A stretch of DNA of 23,024 nt, taken from contig JBQLZK010000086.1 of the NCBI GenBank assembly GCA_052168235.1, positions 1-23,024 of the forward strand, written 5' to 3'. The notes under the pieces were generated by a model, which ran no database searches, was not told the DNA's origin, and saw only the letters and a list, made by a program, of their open reading frames with translations. Shown in pieces: positions 17,769-23,024 of the stretch; the stretch's first letter is position 1, and every line of letters starts with the position of its first letter. Source of the DNA: Thainema sp. (GTDB lineage Bacteria > Cyanobacteriota > Cyanobacteriia > Phormidesmidales > Phormidesmidaceae). The position numbers and the translations under genes are program-made.

Positions 17769-17781
17769 TGTTGACACGGAC

Positions 17782-17809
17782 GTAGGGGCGAATGGCCATT
17801 CGCCCCTAC
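17782..17809. repeat. Perfect 28-bp GTAG palindrome (REP) between convergent genes
   Basis: GTAGGGGCGAATGG|CCATTCGCCCCTAC. Confidence 0.75.
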
Positions 17810-17814
17810 AAAGT

Positions 17815-18222
17815 TTATTTGCTTACGCTAGCAGCCTTATAGGCGGCCCAGCCGCCGAGGTCGGAGATGTCGGGCCAGTCGTGTTGTTCGACGAGTTCTT
17901 GGGGGTAGAGCATGGCGGTGAGGACTTCGCCGTCTTCGAGAATTACGTCAGCGGGGTACATGTTGGGTGGTTCGTTGGCCAGCAGATATTCGAATTCGGC
18001 CAGGGTCAGCTCGTAGACTTCACCGGGAATGCTGATGCCGTCAGTTTCGACTTGGTAGATGGCGGGATGCCAGCCGTCACCTGCGGCGTGGAGGCGGTAG
18101 AGGGGCTTCGTTTTGGCTTCTTTAATGAACGTGGCGTTCCCCAGATTTTCGTGATCGGGCTGTCCCCGCAGGGCAGAACCACAAATAAAAATCCGCTTCG
18201 TTGCTGCCGTTGGTTCAGACAT
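17815..18222 (-). CDS. Gamma-glutamylcyclotransferase-fold protein resembling the allophanate hydrolase C-terminal domain
   Basis: IFICGSALRGQPDH.NL, T.P.YRL, IPGEVYEL, EPP, DISDLGGWAAY. AAAGGAG RBS before ATG 18222. Confidence 0.8.
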   Translation of the reverse strand: MSEPTAATKRIFICGSALRGQPDHENLGNATFIKEAKTKPLYRLHAAGDGWHPAIYQVETDGISIPGEVYELTLAEFEYLLANEPPNMYPADVILEDGEVLTAMLYPQELVEQHDWPDISDLGGWAAYKAASVSK

Positions 18223-18774
18223 AGGTACTCCTTTCAAATGTTTTGAATCCTTGATATAAATGGCGCAGGTTTACATTTCTTCATGGATACTGTGATCAAC
18301 GGCACCGTGATCCGTCCGAACGCTCAGCCGTCTCGCCTAAAGCCATCTGCATGGATTCGCCTTCAACCGGGAATTCTAGCAGCTATAGGAATACACCTTA
18401 CAACCTGCTTTATTTCTCAAGCATTGTTAAGGAGGAATCACCCGCTAAATGTGTAGGCGTACACACTTTATCCGCAGATTAACTGAATACTGTATACAAA
18501 AGGCGGATTAGAATGGTCAAACCTGCTCGAATCGGATTGAACGGATTTGTCTGAGCGAAATCTATGCAGAGGTTGATGATTTCAAATCACTACGGCAGGA
18601 CGATCGACTAGTTCCCATCAAGCTTCAGAATGAACGGCAGGTTTACTAAAACAGGTCAACTGACTCACCGTTAGGTCAACTTCTCACTTAATTACCAATT
18701 GGTTGTCTCAATCGAGATTATTCAAATCACGTTTCAACACACCATTAGCAAACTAGGGGAGGGAAAATACAAAC

Positions 18775-20025
18775 ATGGTCGCAATTACCCGACAGTTAAC
18801 GTTAGACGTCAATGGCGATCGCCTCAATGCCAGTATTGAGCGACTGGCTGAAATCGGTAAGCTCTCCCAAGGCGGCATTCGGCGGTTGGCTTTTACGCTA
18901 GAAGACCAAAAGGCGCGTTCTCTGGTGCAGCGCTGGATGCAGGAAGCGGGCATGATTGTTCGCATCGATACGGCGGGTAATTTGATCGGGCGCTACGAAG
19001 GCAAAATTCCCCACGCACCTGCCCTGGCAACGGGTTCCCACATCGACACCGTACCGCTCGGCGGCAAGTACGATGGTGTTTTAGGCGTTCTGGCTGGGAT
19101 TGAAGTGGTGCGGACGCTGAATGAAAACCGAATTCGGCTCAATCATCCGGTGGAAGTGATTGTGTTTGCCGATGAGGAAAGCAGCATGATCGGCGCACAG
19201 GGCATGGCTGGCACGGTCAAAGCGGCTGAGTATATCCATCCGCCCAATGATGAAGGCTCGATTGAGTCTTGCTTAGAGAACATTGGCGGTGACTGGAACC
19301 AGATTCATACCGCTGTGCGATCGCGGGATAACATGGCGGCGTTTGTCGAGCTGCACGTGGAGCAGGGCGGCGTTCTCGATAGTCAAGATAAGGCGATTGG
19401 TGTTGTTCTGGGCGTCGTCGGGATGCATCGCTATGCGATTCGGGTCACAGGCACGCCGAATCACGCTGGCACAACGCCGATGGATCAGCGGCAGGATGCC
19501 CTGGTTGCAGCGTCGCAGATTGTCCTCGCGGTGCAGAAGCTGGCCCTGGATGCGCCAGGTGCTCCAGTAGCAACCGTCGGGTCGCTAGAAGTCTTTCCTA
19601 ACGCTGCCAATATCGTACCGGGGCAGGTACAGCTGACGGTGGATATGCGTGATTTGTCGCCGGACTGTTTGGCATTGATGACGAAGCGGCTGCATCGAGC
19701 GCTGAACGAAATTGCGCGGCAGACCAACACGGAAATCGAAATTGAGCCAATCTTGGTTGTCGAACCCTCACCAGCCGCGCAGCATGTGCAGAACGTGATT
19801 GAGCAAACCTGTCAGGAACTGAACCTCAGCTACTGTCACTTACCCAGCCGCGCCGGACATGACGCGATGGAAATGGGCCGCATTACCGACATGGGCATGA
19901 TTTTTGTACCCAGTCACCAGGGGATTAGCCACTCGGAAGCCGAATATACGTCACCTGAACAGTGTACGCAGGGCGCAAATGTATTGCTTTATACACTGAT
20001 GAAGCTAGATCAGGCGTATCGTTAA
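18775..20025 (+). CDS. M20 Zn-dependent hydantoinase/carbamoylase-family amidase (allantoate amidohydrolase / N-carbamoyl-amino-acid hydrolase-like)
   Basis: GSHIDTVP.GG.YDGVLGV, DEE, ELHVEQG, NHAGTTPM..R.DAL, SRAGHDA, GISHS..E. GGGAGG RBS. Confidence 0.92.
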   Translation: MVAITRQLTLDVNGDRLNASIERLAEIGKLSQGGIRRLAFTLEDQKARSLVQRWMQEAGMIVRIDTAGNLIGRYEGKIPHAPALATGSHIDTVPLGGKYDGVLGVLAGIEVVRTLNENRIRLNHPVEVIVFADEESSMIGAQGMAGTVKAAEYIHPPNDEGSIESCLENIGGDWNQIHTAVRSRDNMAAFVELHVEQGGVLDSQDKAIGVVLGVVGMHRYAIRVTGTPNHAGTTPMDQRQDALVAASQIVLAVQKLALDAPGAPVATVGSLEVFPNAANIVPGQVQLTVDMRDLSPDCLALMTKRLHRALNEIARQTNTEIEIEPILVVEPSPAAQHVQNVIEQTCQELNLSYCHLPSRAGHDAMEMGRITDMGMIFVPSHQGISHSEAEYTSPEQCTQGANVLLYTLMKLDQAYR

Positions 20026-20048
20026 GCTTTATCCCGAAAACCCCACGG

Positions 20049-20078
20049 AAAAGGGCGGCACTGCCGTCCTTTTATTTT
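20049..20078 (+). terminator. Rho-independent terminator of the amidase gene
   Basis: AAAAGGGCGGCA-C-TGCCGTCCTTTTATTTT. Confidence 0.7.
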
Positions 20079-20347
20079 GAGCTTATTCTGAGCGATCCAC
20101 AGGGGAAATAGGTCATATCGAGAAGCGGATTTTGTTGACCGATTCTGAACTTAGACCCACAGTTTAACGGCTACGCGCCTGCGACAGCGTTCGATGGCGT
20201 TGTACAGGTGTGCCAAAGAGGTGCCAAAGAGAAAGTCCCAAACGTTTTAGCGGGCCAGCACATTGCAGTAATGGCTGACCCGCTGAGCTAACTTATTCAG
20301 TTGTAAGGTCCAAGGTTTGTCCTATAGCTAACTTCGAGTGAAGTTAT

Positions 20348-20465
20348 TGAGATTGCAGGACTTGAACCTACCTCTCCGCAGTGCATCTGACGATGCATGG
20401 ATTGACATAGCTCCCGAAGGAGTGCCGCCACTCCACCTACAGATGAGGTAGAGTGCCACAATCTC
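20348..20465 (-). ncRNA. tRNA-like structured RNA without an anticodon loop (pseudo-tRNA)
   Basis: Acceptor-like stem GAGAUUG/CAAUCUC-A. Canonical T arm GUAGG-UUCAAGU-CCUGC. Three internal hairpins, one capped by cUUCGg. G-U wobbles appear only on the minus strand. Confidence 0.6.
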
Positions 20466-20480
20466 TTCCACATACTAACA
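20466..20480 (-). promoter_or_regulatory. Extended -10 promoter of the tRNA-like RNA
   Basis: Minus strand TG-T-TAGTAT (20480-20472), 6 nt before the first G of the acceptor-like stem. Confidence 0.55.
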
Positions 20481-20591
20481 GAGCTATCCGGTTTGGACAC
20501 AAAGAAAAATTAAGATATAGCGGAGCAGTTGAATCGCAGAGATAAATATCTGTTTCGAGTTGTTAATGAGCATTTTAAGTTTGGATAAGTT

Positions 20592-20647
20592 CAAAACAGA
20601 GAACGGGAGAGAAATTGCTAGCAATTTCTCTCCCGTTCTCTGTTTTG
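20592..20647. repeat. Perfect 56-bp palindrome downstream of petL (possible terminator or MITE core)
   Basis: CAAAACAGAGAACGGGAGAGAAATTGCT|AGCAATTTCTCTCCCGTTCTCTGTTTTG, no mismatches and no spacer. Confidence 0.85.
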
Positions 20648-20667
20648 CTGGATTTTCGAAGTCTATC

Positions 20668-20760
20668 TTAGATAAGTTTGACAGCCTTTAGGCCAAAGTA
20701 AAGACCCATTGCCGCCGCAAATGAGATCGCAAGATAAACAAAATAAACAACAACAGCCAT
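20668..20760 (-). CDS. petL: Cytochrome b6f complex subunit VI (30 aa), absent from the ORF track
   Basis: MAVVVYFVYLAISFAAAMGLYFGLKAVKLI: single TM helix with the PetL-type L.FGL..VKLI end. GAGGA RBS upstream. Confidence 0.9.
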   Translation of the reverse strand: MAVVVYFVYLAISFAAAMGLYFGLKAVKLI

Positions 20761-20930
20761 GAATCGAGTCCTCGTTGATACCAAAATCTAAAATTGCAAT
20801 ATTTCTATTGAACCATTTCGGATGACTTTCATTTCATCTGGCATTCAATAGACCAAATCCCAGCAGAGGGAGGCTGCCGCCGCAATGGGGCAACCTGAGC
20901 TATACAACATGCCATCGTCGCCTCCACCAC

Positions 20931-21713
20931 CTATTTGGCTTTTGGTCGAAATAAATGCTGATGTTCTGGATTGTAGAGGCGCGATCGCAGTCCGCGATTT
21001 TGCCGCAGTGCAGGACTGATGACATAGAGCGTCGTGCGGATTAGATCTTCTTGCTGAGTCGTTTCTGCCATTTGCGCCAGCGGCACCATCACAATCCGCT
21101 CATCTGGCCAGCCTAAACGGTAACAAATTGCCACAGGGGTATCCGACGAATAATGCTCTAGCAGCTTTACTTGAGCGGACTCCACATGGCGAGCGCTCAG
21201 GTACAGACATAAACTGGCTTGATGGGCAGCCAAGCTGGACAGCTCTTCAGTCGGTGGAACCTGAGTGCGACCACTAATGCGAGTCAGGATAATCGACTGC
21301 ACAAGGTTGGGAATGGTCAACTCAACCTGTAGGGTCGCTGCTGCCGCCTGAAATGTACTGATACCGGGAATGACTTCAAACGGAACATCTGCTTCCGTCA
21401 GTGCTTCCATTTGCTCGTGAATGGCGCTGTATAAACTTGGATCGCCCGAATGCAAGCGCACAACCGATTTTCCGGCTCGTACCCGTGCGATCATCAAGGG
21501 CAAAATGTCTTCTAATGTCTTGTTGGCTGTCCCAATCACCTCGGCCTCTGGACTAACCCAGTCCAGCATTTGCGGCGGCACGAGAGAATTGGCGTAAAGC
21601 ACAACCTCGGCCTGAGCCAGAATCCGCTGCCCCTTAACCGTCAACAGCTCTGGATCACCCGGCCCAGCTCCAACAATATATACGGCTGGTTGAAGAGAGG
21701 ACGCTTGAGTCAT
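20931..21713 (-). CDS. cobM: Precorrin-4 C11-methyltransferase
   Basis: VYIVGAGPGDPELLTVKG, YANSLV, VVRLHSGDPSLYSAIHEQ, IPGIS, ELTIP.LVQSIILTR, RSRLY. Confidence 0.93.
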   Translation of the reverse strand: MTQASSLQPAVYIVGAGPGDPELLTVKGQRILAQAEVVLYANSLVPPQMLDWVSPEAEVIGTANKTLEDILPLMIARVRAGKSVVRLHSGDPSLYSAIHEQMEALTEADVPFEVIPGISTFQAAAATLQVELTIPNLVQSIILTRISGRTQVPPTEELSSLAAHQASLCLYLSARHVESAQVKLLEHYSSDTPVAICYRLGWPDERIVMVPLAQMAETTQQEDLIRTTLYVISPALRQNRGLRSRLYNPEHQHLFRPKAK

Positions 21714-21856
21714 ATTGGGCACGCGTTGGCACTGAGTAGAAAGCAGGTCATAATCGACACGGCTTTTCAGTATAAAGCAGTTAAGGCTTACGCAGGGAAT
21801 TCATGAGGCGCGTAAGCCCCTGCCCAGATTATTGTGCCTCTGCATAGGGGATGGAG

Positions 21857-22138
21857 CTATGCTGATGCGTGTGCGATCGCAGATGCAGATGCTGCAACTG
21901 ATTCTGAATTTTTTGCTTCAGATTTAGGTTCTACATTCGCGGCTATCGGTTCAAGATGATAGCCCACAACCGACATGCCCTGACAAAAAATGCCCTGCTT
22001 GGGTCGCACTTCAAAGGCAGGTTTGCGCTTTTTCTGCCACTCCATCTCGGTCAGAATGTCGAAGCCGTTTGCCTTGGGCACAAGCTGTACTGGGGTTTTG
22101 CGAGCGCGGGAAACTAAAACATGTGTGGGATTAAACAT
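21857..22138 (-). CDS. Hypothetical protein (93 aa)
   Basis: ATG with GAGG RBS. Globular-looking core (FNPTHVLVSR...LTEMEW...GIFCQG) with a low-complexity tail. Confidence 0.7.
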   Translation of the reverse strand: MFNPTHVLVSRARKTPVQLVPKANGFDILTEMEWQKKRKPAFEVRPKQGIFCQGMSVVGYHLEPIAANVEPKSEAKNSESVAASASAIAHASA

Positions 22139-22496
22139 TGCTAAACCTCAAATTTTCAAAATCATCACAATCAATGTGTTCTTCGTTTTAACTGGGTGAA
22201 TCCCGTTCAATTGAACGCCAGACAGTGGAGCAAGACGGCTTTGCCGCCTTACCCTAATCCTGAATGTTTCAACTAACGTGATACTTGGGAATTGGCTCTA
22301 GTGTGACTCAGTTCCAGCGATGCGTGGAACAGGGGAAACCGTAAAGCCAACTTCGTATTTCCCTATACGAATGCTCTACAGACAAAGTTCCCTCTTTTTC
22401 GGAGAACTCACAGGCTGTACTTGAAAATTTAGTCTTTATGGGGTGGGCCAGTGGGAAGAACCGTCCGGTTGAACCCAAAAAAATTCGGTTTACCCC

Positions 22497-22527
22497 TTGT
22501 CACTGCCCCCCTGAAATTCGCTATGAT
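22497..22527 (+). promoter_or_regulatory. Sigma70-type promoter of the 6S RNA
   Basis: TTGTCA (22497) and TATGAT (22522), ending 8 nt before the 5' stem. The 19-nt spacer is long. Confidence 0.5.
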
Positions 22528-22535
22528 GTCGAACA

Positions 22536-22740
22536 GTTCCACTGCGGCGTTGGTGACTACCAACAATGTTTTACGATCTATGCTTTATGTGAAAGGGAAC
22601 CAAAAGTCTCGATGGCAGTATACCGAGCTTGCGTAGGGCTTCGTGCTTTACCCTGTCACTCGGAAACTTAAAATTGAGGAAAAGGTACCCACCTGGTTTT
22701 TCCAGGTCGAAAGCTGAGGTAAGACGGCGTTGCGGGGAAC
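22536..22740 (+). ncRNA. ssrS: 6S RNA (SsaA-type, ~205 nt)
   Basis: Long rod fold: GTTCCACTGCGGCGTTG pairs with CGGCGTTGCGGGGAAC (many G-U pairs), with GGGAACC/GGTACCC and CCGAG/CTCGG helices and A-rich bubbles. Own promoter and terminator. Matches recalled cyanobacterial 6S motifs. Confidence 0.8.
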
Positions 22741-22749
22741 ACAAGCATA

Positions 22750-22787
22750 AGGCTCCTTTGTCCTTTGGGCAGGGGAGCTTTGTTTTT
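22750..22787 (+). terminator. Rho-independent terminator after the 6S RNA
   Basis: AGGCTCCTTTGTCC-TTT-GGGCAGGGGAGCTT-TGTTTTT. Confidence 0.75.
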
Positions 22788-22907
22788 AAGATGAGGCGTG
22801 AGGAGTAAGAAGTGAGGCGAATTAGTATGGCCGTTCACCGTTGGGGTTGAGACAGTTACACGAGCTAACGTTGAAACGTTTCAGTATGTGTTTAGCGCAG
22901 TTATCTG

Positions 22908-22977
22908 ATCCCCCGCTGTCGCCGCCCCCTTAAAAAAGGGGCCATGCCAACACTAGCTCCAAGTCCCCCTTTTTAAG
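22908..22977. repeat. CCCCCTTAAAAAGGGG-type cyanobacterial intergenic repeat with truncated right arm
   Basis: CCCCCTTAAAAAAGGGG...GTCCCCCTTTTTAAG, then unrelated sequence. Confidence 0.45.
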
Positions 22978-23024
22978 CTAATCCTGTAGGGGTTTGGAAA
23001 CGGCTGCAGCGCCCTGTTTAACAA

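Larger units (their letters stand above)
1780..21880. repeat. Dispersed HIP1 octamers (GCGATCGC)
   Basis: Roughly 25-30 copies by eye (e.g. 1780, 2791, 4036, 8384, 10851, 21873), a cyanobacterial genome signature. Confidence 0.9.

Noticed and set aside
18513..18554. Mini-ORF MVKPARIGLNGFV resembling the GAPDH N-terminus
   Set aside because: Only 13 codons with no GRIGR continuation in any frame; probably chance.
18223..18774. Riboswitch (guanidine, xanthine) or NtcA site in the long spacer
   Set aside because: No consensus motifs or GTA-N8-TAC found by eye on either strand.
20201..20231. TGTACA as a Tn7/CAST transposon end
   Set aside because: No TnsB-binding repeats of the expected pattern follow, and no tns or cas genes are in the window.
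20348..20465. Canonical tRNA, tRNA-Sec or tmRNA call
   Set aside because: No 7-nt anticodon loop in position, no D-loop GG, 11-bp acceptor+T stack, no G3-U70 and no tag ORF.
20297..20500. 67-aa minus-strand ORF
   Set aside because: It spans the tRNA-like RNA and its promoter, and has no RBS or protein features.
22438..22671. ORFs 22438-22671 and 22451-22636
   Set aside because: They overlap the 6S RNA and its promoter; the RNA fold explains the sequence better.
1..23024. CRISPR array
   Set aside because: No regularly spaced 25-40 bp direct repeats and no cas genes.

Overview
Chromosomal window from a filamentous-type cyanobacterium: the HIP1 octamer GCGATCGC occurs roughly every kb, and petG, petL, cytM and a cyanobacterial-type 6S RNA are present. 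The left end (1-5560) looks accessory: an IS-truncated PepSY-TM gene remnant, then a 972-aa RTX/beta-helix secreted protein divergent from a sensor-less HTH-NB-ARC (STAND) protein across a spacer rich in TCAGTT repeats. The rest is mostly core genes: an MsbA-like ABC exporter, cytM, petG, rsmD, an HtpX-like protease, a CPBP protease, a two-domain histidine phosphatase that appears to start at CTG, a PyrC'-type dihydroorotase-like protein, an NlpC/P60 endopeptidase divergent from a class A beta-lactamase-like hydrolase, a GGCT/allophanate-hydrolase-C-like protein divergent from an M20 carbamoylase, petL, cobM and ssrS. Intergenic regions hold GTAG-type REPs and at least three families of ~86-101 bp MITE-like elements with palindromic cores, including two nested insertions with target-site duplications. 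The most unusual item is a ~118-nt tRNA-like RNA without an anticodon (20348-20465, minus strand) with its own extended -10 promoter. All family assignments come from motif recognition by eye; no database searches were run.
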